Made by a program: the position numbers and the translations under genes. A DNA stretch of 64,000 nucleotides from an uncultured delta proteobacterium (GTDB taxonomy: Bacteria > Myxococcota > Kuafuiibacteriia > Kuafuiibacteriales > Kuafuiibacteriaceae), in assembly GCA_963803435.1 (NCBI GenBank), contig CAWDML010000007.1, forward strand, positions 416,001-480,000. The letters are read 5' to 3'. Shown here piece by piece: positions 30,815 to 40,481 of this stretch. The first letter of the stretch is position 1. Every line of letters starts with the position of its first letter. The notes beneath the pieces are model-generated. The model was not told the DNA's origin and did not search any database. It worked only from the letters and a program-made list of their open reading frames with translations.

Positions 30815-32086
30815 GTGCGCGTCCCGTGCGCTCCCCTTCTCGTGCTCGTCCTCCTGGCCTGTGACGGTCCGATCGGCCTGTCCCTCGACGCACCCTGGCC
30901 GCACGATGAGACCGCCCTGGTGACGGTCGCCGACAGCTCGGGTGCGCCGATCGGGGGGCGTCCCACGATCATCCGGCCCGGCGACCTGGGGCACCTCACC
31001 TTCGAGCTGTCGGGCAGCGTGCGGATCTCGGTCGATACGTACCCAGCCGCGCTCGGCATCGAGTCCTGCGCCCCGTTCTATGGCGAGGGCGGGCGCGACC
31101 TGCCGAGTCCGAGATCGGTTTGGTCGTCCGGCTTGATCGACCCGACGGCCGTCGATCGGATCGAGCTCAGCCTCGGCGAGGACGCTGCCGCCCCGCCCCT
31201 CCGCGGACGGGACGACTGCCTGCCGGAGGTGAGCCTCTGCGATCGCACCGTCGTCAGCGAGCTCTCTCCTCCCGCGATCGAGGGTGCGATGCTTCATCTC
31301 GCGGTGATTACGGCCGACCTCGCGCTCATCATGACAAACGACCACGAGGTCCTCCTGGTCACACCCGAGGGCGTCACGCTCGTTCCGCCCGATCCAAGGC
31401 TGGTCGGACACCCGTTGAACCTCGTGTACGACCGCACGAGCACGCTGGTCGGCGCCAACTGGGAGACCCAGATGTTCGAGATGGACCGCACCGGCCACGT
31501 CCTCCGCGTCTGGGAGCCGCCGACCCCTCTCCGAGCGCTCAGCGCAGGCGTCGACGGCACGATCCTCGCGCTCTCCGACGACGGAGCGACGCTGGCCGCG
31601 CTGACGGTCGGCTCCACGATCACCGAGCCGCTCGAGGCGCCGGATGGGGGCCTCGAGTCGGTGTACACGGTGCGGCGGGATCTCGCGTTCGGCAGGGATC
31701 GAGCCCATCGCATCTTCTCGTTCGACGGTGCGAGCTGGCGCTTCGAGATCGATCTGACGTTCGTCCCCGACGACATCGCCGCGGATGAGGACAGCGTGCT
31801 GATCTTGCAGTCGATCGAGCTGCCCTATCTCCGTGACGCCTCCGGGCAATGGCGGGACCTGCCGCTGCCCCCGGCGATCGACGCGAGTGCGGCTCCCGTG
31901 GCGGGCGAGCGCTATCTCATCGTCGGCTCCGGCGGCCGCGCCGGGATCCTGGATCGAGGATCCTGGTGCGGGCTCCCGACGCCGGTCGGGTCCGACCTGG
32001 GCTCGGTCGCCGTGGCGCGCGATCGACCGGTGGCCTACGCGATCTCGAGTACGCAGATCATCAAGCTCGAGCTTCCGGCCGACTGA
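30815..32086 (+). CDS. Hypothetical lipoprotein, probable beta-propeller; paralog of 28790-30079
   Basis: LLAC lipobox; shared WP, WSSGxID and DDC motifs; FSFDGASW, IVGSGGRAGI. Confidence 0.65.
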   Translation: MRVPCAPLLVLVLLACDGPIGLSLDAPWPHDETALVTVADSSGAPIGGRPTIIRPGDLGHLTFELSGSVRISVDTYPAALGIESCAPFYGEGGRDLPSPRSVWSSGLIDPTAVDRIELSLGEDAAAPPLRGRDDCLPEVSLCDRTVVSELSPPAIEGAMLHLAVITADLALIMTNDHEVLLVTPEGVTLVPPDPRLVGHPLNLVYDRTSTLVGANWETQMFEMDRTGHVLRVWEPPTPLRALSAGVDGTILALSDDGATLAALTVGSTITEPLEAPDGGLESVYTVRRDLAFGRDRAHRIFSFDGASWRFEIDLTFVPDDIAADEDSVLILQSIELPYLRDASGQWRDLPLPPAIDASAAPVAGERYLIVGSGGRAGILDRGSWCGLPTPVGSDLGSVAVARDRPVAYAISSTQIIKLELPAD

Positions 32087-32145
32087 GGCTCCGCAAGGAG
32101 TGCGGAAATAGCCCAAGGTCGAGGTACGTTGCCCCGCGGATCGTG

Positions 32146-33129
32146 ATGAAGAGAATTCGAGCACTCCTGCTGACCTCCTGCGGGCTCTCGGCTTGCGGTG
32201 GCCCCGCTGGCGACACGAACGTCGAGTGCCGCGCGCTGGCGGAAACGACCGGGGAGCGCCCACCCGGCTGGGATGGCACCGTCTTCACGATCGTCATGGA
32301 GAACCGCAGCTACGGCGACATCATCGGGAGCTCGCACGCGCCGTACATCAACGAGCTCGCCGCCGCAAACGCGATCGCCGCCGGCTACCACGACTCCTAC
32401 GTGCATCCCAGCGAGCCGAACTACATCTGGATGGTCGCCGGCGAGAACTTCGGAATCTTGAACGACAAGGACCCCAGACCGGCGAACACCATCGAGAGCG
32501 ACTCGCACCTCGCCGATCAGATCGAGCGGGCCGGCCTGACCTGGAAGAGCTACCAGGAGAGCATGGGCTCACCGTGCGGGCTCCAGTCGCACGGGAGCTA
32601 CGCGGTCAAGCACAACCCGTTCGTCTACTTCTCGAACATCAACGGATGGGACGGGAGCACCTTCCAGCCCTCCACACGCTGCGACGAGCACATCGTCGAC
32701 TACTCGGAGCTCGACGCCGACCTCGCCTCGGGCAACGTGCCGGCGTACGCATTCATCACTCCGAACCTGGACAACGACATGCACAACGGATCCATCGAGG
32801 ACGGCGACCGCTGGTTGAGGCGCGAGCTCCCGAAGATCTTCGAGTCGGAGGCGTTCCGCGGTGGTGGAGTGCTGTTCCTCCTCTGGGACGAGGGGAGCCG
32901 CGGCCGGGACAATCCGCCGTTCATCGCCATCTCCCCCAACGCAAAGCCGGGGTTCGTTTCAGAGACCGATTACGACACCAGCTCGTACCTCAAGACCGTT
33001 CAGACGATCCTCGGCCTCGAGGCGCTCCCCTGCTCGCCCACGCCGGAGGCGATCGCGACCATGGACGATCTGTTCGCGATCCCGCTCCAGTCGGACCTCA
33101 GTACGCGCAATAGCCGGGGCACTGATTGA
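32146..33129 (+). CDS. Phosphoesterase family (acid phosphatase/phospholipase C-like) lipoprotein
   Basis: LSAC lipobox; IVMENRSY, HPSEPNY, YAVKHNPF, TPNLDNDMH, WDEG. Confidence 0.9.
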   Translation: MKRIRALLLTSCGLSACGGPAGDTNVECRALAETTGERPPGWDGTVFTIVMENRSYGDIIGSSHAPYINELAAANAIAAGYHDSYVHPSEPNYIWMVAGENFGILNDKDPRPANTIESDSHLADQIERAGLTWKSYQESMGSPCGLQSHGSYAVKHNPFVYFSNINGWDGSTFQPSTRCDEHIVDYSELDADLASGNVPAYAFITPNLDNDMHNGSIEDGDRWLRRELPKIFESEAFRGGGVLFLLWDEGSRGRDNPPFIAISPNAKPGFVSETDYDTSSYLKTVQTILGLEALPCSPTPEAIATMDDLFAIPLQSDLSTRNSRGTD

Positions 33130-34094
33130 TCACGAAGACCGACTCACCCACCGAGCACGGCATCGGCGTGGTGCTGTCGGGGACGCACCGGTTTCCATCG
33201 AGATACTGCGTGAGCCGGCAGACCTGGCCGCGGTTGCTCGGACACTGCGAGTTCGCGCCCAGACACAGGCAGCGCCCGCTCACACGCGCCGGATAGCTCG
33301 CGCCGCAGTCCGGCGTGGACTCGATGGGCTCGCAGTCGAAGCCGGCGCTGCAGGCGGTCCCGCACCCCCCGCAGTGGCGCTCGTCAGTCGAGATGTCGAC
33401 ACACTCCCCGCTACAACAGCGCTGGGCGGCAGCAGGGCCGCACTGGAACGCGTCGGGCATGGGCGAGTGCGTGCACACGCCCGCGCCGTCGCAGACGTCT
33501 CGCGTGCAGGCCTGGCCGTCGTCGTCGCAGGGCGTGTCGAGGGGCCGCGGCTGCTCCGCGCAGGCCGCCGTGCCGTCGCAAGCGCGCTCCGTGCAGCTGT
33601 CGCTCTGACACGTGATGGGAGCACCCTGACACGCCCCGCTCGAGCATTGATCGTCGTGCGTGCACGGATCGCCGTCATCGCAGACGCCCTCGAGCTCGGT
33701 GTGCACGCAACCGAGCGAGGGATTGCAGCTGTCGCTCGTGCACGAGTTTCCGTCGTCGCAGCCAATCGGATCGCCGGCGCATCGGCCGGACCGGCAGCTG
33801 TCGTTCTCGGTGCAAGGGTCGCCGTCGTCGCAGGCTTCGCTGCCTCGACACGCGGAGCAGACGCCGCTCTTGCAGGTGCCAGCCTCGCCGGTCGCGAGGC
33901 TGCAGGTGCTCGAGTCCGCGCGGGCGAGGTAGGCGCACCCGCTGGCAACAATCGGCGACACAGACGTACCCGGTTGGACAGGGCCAATCGACGGAGCACT
34001 GGCGGTCCTCGTACGTGGGCTCGGTGAAGCAGCCCCAGCCCCAGATCGCGACGAGGCCGCTCAGCACCCGCGCGGTGAGCTCAGGGCGGCTCAT
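33098..34094 (-). CDS. Cys-rich lipoprotein (Dictyostelium-type and Stig1-like repeats); frameshift at ~33940
   Basis: N-terminus MSRPELTARVLSGLVAIWGWGC in one frame; CDDGDPCTENDSC repeats and CCSGECVDISTDERHCGGCG in another. Confidence 0.7.
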
Positions 34095-34272
34095 GAACGC
34101 ATCATTCCGCGGGCACCGCGGGCGATCCATCGGTCGCGGACCGAGCGGGGAGAACGCGCTACGTGGACTGCCCGCCTCATCCGCGTCCATGCGCTCACGC
34201 AAGGTTGCGGTCGGTCTCTTCATCGGCGCGTCCCTCTACGGCGGAGAACGCCGGTGTGGTTAACCTCCGACA

Positions 34273-35004
34273 ATGGGACTCGTCGACACGCGCGTGCTGT
34301 TGTCGCGTGAGCCGAAGCCGGGCTGGCACGGGCGGTTCTTCGACTCCGCCGGGATGAGCTTCGCGTACTACGACCTCGACGCGGGCGCCTCGCTCCACGA
34401 GCACTCGCATCCGAACGAAGAGGTCTGGCACGTCGTCACGGGCGAGCTCGATCTCACGATCGGCGCGGAGCGCTTCCGCGTCCGTCCGGGACAGGCGGCC
34501 ATCGTTCCATCGAACACGGCGCACTCGGTCCGGGCCGAGGTCCAGAGCTCGGTGATCGTGGTCGATGCTCCGCGACGCGGCGAGATCGGCGGCGGTGCGC
34601 GGGCCGCCTTCGCGATCGAGCTCGAGCGCTTCACCGCGCCGGCTGTCGAGCTCGAGGTGTGCAACCGGGGACGAGCGTCCGGCATCCTCAGACGGATCGA
34701 GATCGAGAGCGGCTTCGCTCCGGTGTTACCTCCGCCTCGACGCACCGAGATTCCCGGGGGCGAGCTCCCTGAGCGCATCGAGATCCCTGGAGGTGCACGC
34801 CATTGCACGACGCACGAGCCACCCCCGCTGACGCCGGCTCGACGCGAGCAGATCCGAGCGGGCTCTGGAGTCTTCTACCTCCGCGGCGTGATCCTGTACG
34901 ACGACGGGGACGGCGACCGGCACCACACGACGTTCTGTCGCGTCCTCGACGACGACGACCGCCTCGTTCCGCCCGACGCACCCGGTTACAACTACGGCGA
35001 CTGA
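34273..35004 (+). CDS. Cupin-domain protein with an extra C-terminal domain
   Basis: HEHSHPNEEVWHVVTGEL and PGQAAIVPSNTAH cupin metal motifs. Confidence 0.82.
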   Translation: MGLVDTRVLLSREPKPGWHGRFFDSAGMSFAYYDLDAGASLHEHSHPNEEVWHVVTGELDLTIGAERFRVRPGQAAIVPSNTAHSVRAEVQSSVIVVDAPRRGEIGGGARAAFAIELERFTAPAVELEVCNRGRASGILRRIEIESGFAPVLPPPRRTEIPGGELPERIEIPGGARHCTTHEPPPLTPARREQIRAGSGVFYLRGVILYDDGDGDRHHTTFCRVLDDDDRLVPPDAPGYNYGD

Positions 35005-35092
35005 GTCGATCGACTCACCCGTCGAGCGGACCAGCCGGCAGCGTACGGCGCCGGAGTTGACTCCGAGGGCCGCCTATCGTTGACCGCACGTC

Positions 35093-36988
35093 GTGAGCGC
35101 GCGCCTTTTGCTCGCCGCCTGCGTCTTCGCCGGATGCGCGCGGGACGAGCGCCTGCCGATCACCGACGCCTCGGGTCACGTCCCCGATCTCGCGTGTCCG
35201 GGCGACGTGGGATGCAAGGACGGGGGCGGTCCACTCAAAGTCGGCGTCGCTCTCGTGCCGATCACCGCGCGGGTGGAGACGTGGGACGATCTCGACGGCG
35301 ACGGCCTCAGGGGCAAGGATGAGCCGTTCGACGATCTCAACGGCAACGGGGTGTGGGATCCGGTCTGGATGGCGGGCTTTGGCAACGGCCGGGCCGCCAC
35401 CGGGATCGCGGATGACAACTGGGCGCGGGTCCTGACGCTTTCGCAGGGTGACCTGCACCTCGCGATCGTGGCCCTCGATCTCATCGGATACTTCCATGAC
35501 AGCGTCGTCGCGACGAGACAGGCCATCGCCGACGCCGGCTTCGACTTCGACGACGTGTTGGTGGTGAGCACGCATCAACACGAGGGCCCTGACACCATGG
35601 GACCGTGGGGCGCGAGCCCGCTGGAGCGCGGCGTCGATCCGGCCTATCTGGATCGACTGATCGCCGACACCGTTCGCGCGCTCGACCTCGCCGTGCGCTC
35701 GGAGGTCGAATGCAGCATCGCGGTCGGACAGGGCGACGCTTCGGCGCTGGTGAACGACAGCCGGCTGCCGAACGTCGTGGATCCCACCCTCACCGCGATC
35801 GCGTTCCGTTCGGGCTCACAGGTTCGCGCCACCCTCACGATCTGGGGCAACCATCCCGAGACGCTCGGCAGCCGCAACACGCGGATCACCTCCGACTATC
35901 CGCACACGCTCCGAGATCGAATGGAGGAGGCGTTCCCGGGCTCGATCGCGCTCTTCGTCCCGGGGACGCTGGGAGGTCTCATGAACCCCCTTCACGTCCC
36001 TGGCTGTCCGGACGCGAACGGGCAGCCGACCTGCGACGACGAGACGTTCGAGAAGGCCGCGTATATCGGCGACGGCGCCGCCAAGGTCGCAATCGCGGCG
36101 CTGAACGCGACCCCCCACGTCGAGGATCGCCCGCGCCTCGGCGTTCGTCGCCACGCGTTCTTCGCAAGCGTTCAGAACGTCCGATTCATCGCCGGGTTCG
36201 CGACCGGCGTCCTGGAGCGCGTGATCTTCGACGCCGATCACCAGCCGATCCCTCCGCAGGTGGCCATGGGGATCCCGCTGGAGGACGCCAGCGCCGGAGC
36301 GATCCTGCTACAGACCGAGGTCGACGCCGTCTCGCTGGGGCCGATCGAGCTGGTGACCGTCCCGGGAGAGATCTATCCGGAGCTCTGGCTCCAGGGTCCC
36401 GACGGCGGCAGCCTGGTGGAGCATCCCGACGGCGCCGACTATCCCGACGCCGAGACGGAGCCTCCGATCGCCGGCGCGCTGCCCGCGACCGTCCCCCTCA
36501 AAGCAATCATCAACCAGGCGAACGACGCGCTCGGCTACATCATCCCGAAGGCCCAGTTCGACCTGGTCGCACCGCACGCCTACAAGGAGGACGGCCAGTA
36601 CGGCGAGGAGAACGCGCTCGGTCCGGAGATCGCGGGCGACGTTCGCCGCGCCGTCGAGGCCCTCTACGCCCCGCGGGCAAGCGGAGCGCGCAGCGAGCCC
36701 CTGCGAGCGGAGTCGGGTGCGAGGGCTCCGCCCGAGCGGGCCCCGCGGGCAAGCGGAGCGCGCAGCGAGCCCCTGCGAGCGGAGTCGGGTGCGAGGGCTC
36801 CGCCCGAGCGGGCCCCGCGGGCAAGCGGAGCGCGCAGCGAGCCCCTGCGAGCGGAGTCGGGTGCGAGGGCTCCGCCCGAGCGGGCCCCGCGGGCAAGCGG
36901 AGCGCGCAGCGAGCCCCTGCGAGCGGAGTCGGGTGCGAGGGCTCCGCCCGAGCGGGCCCCGCGGGCAAGCGGAGCGCGCAGGGACTGA
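35093..36988 (+). CDS. Neutral/alkaline ceramidase-like lipoprotein with a repeat-derived C-terminal tail
   Basis: FAGC lipobox; WMAGFG, ALDLIG, STHQHEGPD, GNHPE, SDYP, VPGEIYPE, ANDALGYI, YGEEN; last ~105 aa encoded by 72-bp repeats. Confidence 0.75.
   Translation: MSARLLLAACVFAGCARDERLPITDASGHVPDLACPGDVGCKDGGGPLKVGVALVPITARVETWDDLDGDGLRGKDEPFDDLNGNGVWDPVWMAGFGNGRAATGIADDNWARVLTLSQGDLHLAIVALDLIGYFHDSVVATRQAIADAGFDFDDVLVVSTHQHEGPDTMGPWGASPLERGVDPAYLDRLIADTVRALDLAVRSEVECSIAVGQGDASALVNDSRLPNVVDPTLTAIAFRSGSQVRATLTIWGNHPETLGSRNTRITSDYPHTLRDRMEEAFPGSIALFVPGTLGGLMNPLHVPGCPDANGQPTCDDETFEKAAYIGDGAAKVAIAALNATPHVEDRPRLGVRRHAFFASVQNVRFIAGFATGVLERVIFDADHQPIPPQVAMGIPLEDASAGAILLQTEVDAVSLGPIELVTVPGEIYPELWLQGPDGGSLVEHPDGADYPDAETEPPIAGALPATVPLKAIINQANDALGYIIPKAQFDLVAPHAYKEDGQYGEENALGPEIAGDVRRAVEALYAPRASGARSEPLRAESGARAPPERAPRASGARSEPLRAESGARAPPERAPRASGARSEPLRAESGARAPPERAPRASGARSEPLRAESGARAPPERAPRASGARRD
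36668..36981. repeat. Perfect 72-bp tandem repeat, 4 full copies plus a 26-bp partial; REP/BIME-like
   Basis: Unit GCCCCGCGGGCAAGCGGAGCGCGCAGCGAGCCCCTGCGAGCGGAGTCGGGTGCGAGGGCTCCGCCCGAGCGG starts at 36668, 36740, 36812, 36884 and 36956. Inverted pairs GAGCCC/GGGCTC and GCTCCGC/GCGGAGC. Confidence 0.95.
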
Positions 36989-37070
36989 GCGTACACGCCA
37001 CGAGTTCGCCACCACATCTCCCCCGAGGTGCCCGAGGGTCCCCGCGGAGCGGCCATCTTCGGCTGCGAGA

Positions 37071-38561
37071 GTGCTCGGCGTGGCGCGGATCGTCTTCATC
37101 GCGGGGCTGCTCCTGCTGGCCGCGCCGCCCGCGAGCTGGCTGGTCCATTCCTGGTTCGACGGCGGCTACGGCTCGGACGGCGAGTGGGTGTTCCTCCTGG
37201 CGGCGGCCATCGTGCTGCGTGCCGTCTCCTCGAGACGCAGCTCACGCGAGGATCCGCGTCGCGCGGTCATGCTCTTCACCGCGACTGCGCTCGTGCGCTT
37301 CCTCGGAGAGCTCGCGGCCATCCACGTCGTCGGCGCCTTCGCGCTGGTCATCGACGTGTATGCGCTCGCGCTCGCGCTCGGTGTGCACCGCCGCGCGCGG
37401 GCCGTCTCGCCGGCGGGCGTCGCCGCGCTGTTAGGCCTGTCGCTCCCGATCGAACGTCTGATCCAGCGCGGCCTCGGCTTTCCTCTTCAGCTCCTCTCCA
37501 CCAGGCTGGCCTGCGGCGCGCTCACCGCGATCCATCCCAGCGTCGTCTGCGAGGGCGTGCTGGTCCGAACCGAAGGCTCCACGCTCAGCATCGATCTCCC
37601 GTGCAGCGGCGCCCGCGGGCTCGTGCTCCTGCTCGTGCTGGCGCTGGCGCTGATCGCCCTTCGTCGTGTGCGCGGGCGCCGTATCCCGCTGGTGATGGGC
37701 ATAGCCGTCGCCGGCGCGCTGGCAGCCAACACCCTGCGCGTCTTCCTGCTGGTCGAAGGCGTGCTGGCGGGCCTCGCAGTTCTCTCGGAGCCGCTGCACT
37801 CTCTCCTGGGCCTCGCCTGCCTCGCGCTCGCCTCGGCAGGGATCCTGGCGCTGATAGAGCCGGAAGAGCACAGCGCGCCGGCCGCCGCCGACCCTCCGGC
37901 GCGCCGCTTCACAGTCTCGCCCGTGCTCGCGGGCGCCGTCCTGACCGCCAGTCTGGCGATCCACCTGGTGCCGGCACGACCGCTCGACGTGAGCGGTCCG
38001 GTGGCGCCGATCGCGCTGCCCCGGGCCCTCGGCGGTTGGCTGGGCGAGGACCTCGCGCTGACCGAGCCCGAGTCGGAGTACTTCACCGAGTTCGGCGGCG
38101 CCGCCCGCAAGATGCACTACACCGAGCTCGCCGGCGGCGTCGACTTCACCGTGATCGCAGTCCGCACGCGTGCGCCCTTGCGCCACCTACACGCCGAGGA
38201 GTGCCTGGTCGGCGCCGGGCATCACGTCGAGCGGCTCGGGATCTCGGCGGGCGGACTCCCCACGGCGGTCTACCGCAGCACGGATCGCAGTGGCCACGTA
38301 CATCGCGTCGAGATCTCTTTTGTGTCCGAGCGCGGCGAACGGGCCACCAGCGTCGCCGAGGTCGCCTGGCTCTGGATGCGTGCCCCCAAGACCGAGTGGA
38401 CCATGCTCGAACGAATCACGGACTGGAACGCGTGCGAACGCGACGCCGGCTCATGCGCAGGCATGGCCGACGCGCTCGTCCGCACGCTCTTGCCGGAGGT
38501 AACCCATGCTGACCTGTACCCTTCCGCTCTCGCTGTTGATCACCGCCTTCTCCGGCGGTGA
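37071..38561 (+). CDS. Exosortase (probably exosortase T type) with C-terminal soluble domain
   Basis: Multi-TM protein with Cys-Arg-His triad motifs (SIDLPCSG, ANTLRV, EPLH); overlaps a PEP-CTERM target gene; start approximate. Confidence 0.82.
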   Translation: MLGVARIVFIAGLLLLAAPPASWLVHSWFDGGYGSDGEWVFLLAAAIVLRAVSSRRSSREDPRRAVMLFTATALVRFLGELAAIHVVGAFALVIDVYALALALGVHRRARAVSPAGVAALLGLSLPIERLIQRGLGFPLQLLSTRLACGALTAIHPSVVCEGVLVRTEGSTLSIDLPCSGARGLVLLLVLALALIALRRVRGRRIPLVMGIAVAGALAANTLRVFLLVEGVLAGLAVLSEPLHSLLGLACLALASAGILALIEPEEHSAPAAADPPARRFTVSPVLAGAVLTASLAIHLVPARPLDVSGPVAPIALPRALGGWLGEDLALTEPESEYFTEFGGAARKMHYTELAGGVDFTVIAVRTRAPLRHLHAEECLVGAGHHVERLGISAGGLPTAVYRSTDRSGHVHRVEISFVSERGERATSVAEVAWLWMRAPKTEWTMLERITDWNACERDAGSCAGMADALVRTLLPEVTHADLYPSALAVDHRLLRR

Positions 38562-40455
38562 GCTCAAGGGCGAGGGTGGAGTCTCTCTCCCCCTCCTCTC
38601 CACCGAGGTCGAGGCGACGATCACCGGAGATCTCGCCACCGTTCATCTGACACAGGTGTTCACGAACCCGAACGATCGACCGCTCCACGCGCGCTACGTA
38701 TTCCCGCTGCCGCACGACGCCGCGGTCCACGAGATGACCATGGAGGTCGCCGGCCAGCTGGTGCGGGCGAAGATCGAGCGCATCGAGCAGGCCAAGGCGG
38801 AATTCGCGGCCGCCCAGGCGGAAGGAAAGACCGCGTCGCTGCTCGAGGAGCACCGGGCCAACGTCTTCACCCAGGACGTGGCCAACATCCCGCCGGGCGA
38901 CCAGGTGACGATCTCGATCTCATACGCGGAGAGCGTCCCGCGCGAAGACGGGCAGTACGTGTTCCACTTCCCGATGTCCGTCGGACAGCGCTACCGGAAC
39001 GGCGCGAACGGGATCTCGGTGCAAGCGCTCGACAAGCCGCTGCCCGCCGGGCTCACCATCGAAGAGGGTACGCCCGGACCGGCGTCCCTCCGCACACCCC
39101 GGGTCGCCGCCCGCGTCGAGCTGCGGCCGGGGCTCCCGATCAGCGACCTCGAGAGCCCCTCGCACCCGATCGAGGTGGACGTGCTTGGTGCAACCCAGCG
39201 CCGGATCGTGCTCGCACAGGGCAAGGTGGTCGACAATCGCGACTTCATCCTGAAGTATCGACTCTCGGGGGAGCAGCCGCGCGGTGGGCTGGTGACCGAG
39301 AGGGATCGGCGCGGCCGGTTCTTCACCGCGTTGATCGAGCCGCCCCGCAACATCAGTGACGAGGACGTCGCGCCCCGCGAGCTCGTCTTCGTGCTCGACG
39401 CCTCCGGATCGATGGACGGCGCGCCGATCGAGGCCAGCAAGCGCCTGGTCACCCGGATGCTCGATCTGGCCCGGCCGACCGACACGTTCCGCGTGATCCA
39501 GTTCGGCTCCTCTGCGACGGCGTTCTCGGACGCGGCGCTGCCGGCCACGCAAGAGAACGTCACCCGCGCGAAGGAGTACGTGGCCCGGATCGGAGGCATG
39601 GGCGGGACGGAGATCGAGCTCGGGATCAAGGCCGCGCTCGACCCGGCGGTCCCGGACGGCCGGGTCCGCCTCGTCATGTTCCTCACCGACGGATACATCG
39701 GTGACGAAGCATCGGTGATGGCGACGATCCACCAGCATCGACAGGACAGCACCACCATCTTCAGCTTCGGCGTGGGCAACGGCGTCAACCGGTGGCTGCT
39801 CGAGGAGATGGCGATCGCCGGCCGCGGCGTCGCGCGCATCGTCGCGCTGGACGAGGATCCCGACGCGGTCGCCGACGCCCTCGCCGATCGACTCCGCTCC
39901 CCGATCCTGACCCACCTCTCGATCGATTGGGGCGACGCCTCCGCCGAGGCGATCACACCGGCGCCGCTCCCTGATCTATACGCCGGCGCTCCGCTCCGCG
40001 TGCTCGGTCGCCTCATCGGCGATGCGACGCCGCGGCAGGTGACGCTGGTCGGATGGCGCCACGGCAAGATGGAGAAGATCCCGCTGACGATCGACTCGGC
40101 CCCCACCTCGGTGGGAGCAGCGGAGGCGATCCCGATCCTCTGGGCGCGCTCGCAGATCGCGGATCGGATGCGCGCGATGACGAAGCCGATGGCGATGCGC
40201 GGTCAGCACGACGGAAGCGACACCGACCTGGTGGAGCAGATCACCCAGCTCGGCCTCGACTACGGCATCACCACGCGCTGGACCGCGTTCGTCGCGGTCA
40301 GCGACCATCAGATCGACACCTCGAAGCCGGCGGTCGCCGCGCAGGTCCCGACGCCCTCCACCTTCAGCTCCGCGCCCGAGCCCGCCGAGTCGGCGATGCT
40401 GCTCCTGCTGCTGGCGATGGCCGGTCTCTGGCTGCGCCGCTCCTCCCGAGCGTAG
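38506..40455 (+). CDS. VIT + vWA domain protein with PEP-CTERM-like sorting signal
   Basis: VIT (ATVHLTQVFTNP, YVFPLP, NVFTQDVANIPPG); vWA MIDAS DASGSM, GGT, LTDG; C-terminus SSAPEPAESAMLLLLLAMAGLWLRRSSRA. Confidence 0.92.
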   Translation: MLTCTLPLSLLITAFSGGELKGEGGVSLPLLSTEVEATITGDLATVHLTQVFTNPNDRPLHARYVFPLPHDAAVHEMTMEVAGQLVRAKIERIEQAKAEFAAAQAEGKTASLLEEHRANVFTQDVANIPPGDQVTISISYAESVPREDGQYVFHFPMSVGQRYRNGANGISVQALDKPLPAGLTIEEGTPGPASLRTPRVAARVELRPGLPISDLESPSHPIEVDVLGATQRRIVLAQGKVVDNRDFILKYRLSGEQPRGGLVTERDRRGRFFTALIEPPRNISDEDVAPRELVFVLDASGSMDGAPIEASKRLVTRMLDLARPTDTFRVIQFGSSATAFSDAALPATQENVTRAKEYVARIGGMGGTEIELGIKAALDPAVPDGRVRLVMFLTDGYIGDEASVMATIHQHRQDSTTIFSFGVGNGVNRWLLEEMAIAGRGVARIVALDEDPDAVADALADRLRSPILTHLSIDWGDASAEAITPAPLPDLYAGAPLRVLGRLIGDATPRQVTLVGWRHGKMEKIPLTIDSAPTSVGAAEAIPILWARSQIADRMRAMTKPMAMRGQHDGSDTDLVEQITQLGLDYGITTRWTAFVAVSDHQIDTSKPAVAAQVPTPSTFSSAPEPAESAMLLLLLAMAGLWLRRSSRA

Positions 40456-40481
40456 AACCGGTCGCTGTTCGCCTTCAGCTC

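Noticed and set aside
36668-36981. Possible CRISPR array
   Set aside because: Units are contiguous and identical with no unique spacers, and there are no cas genes in the window.
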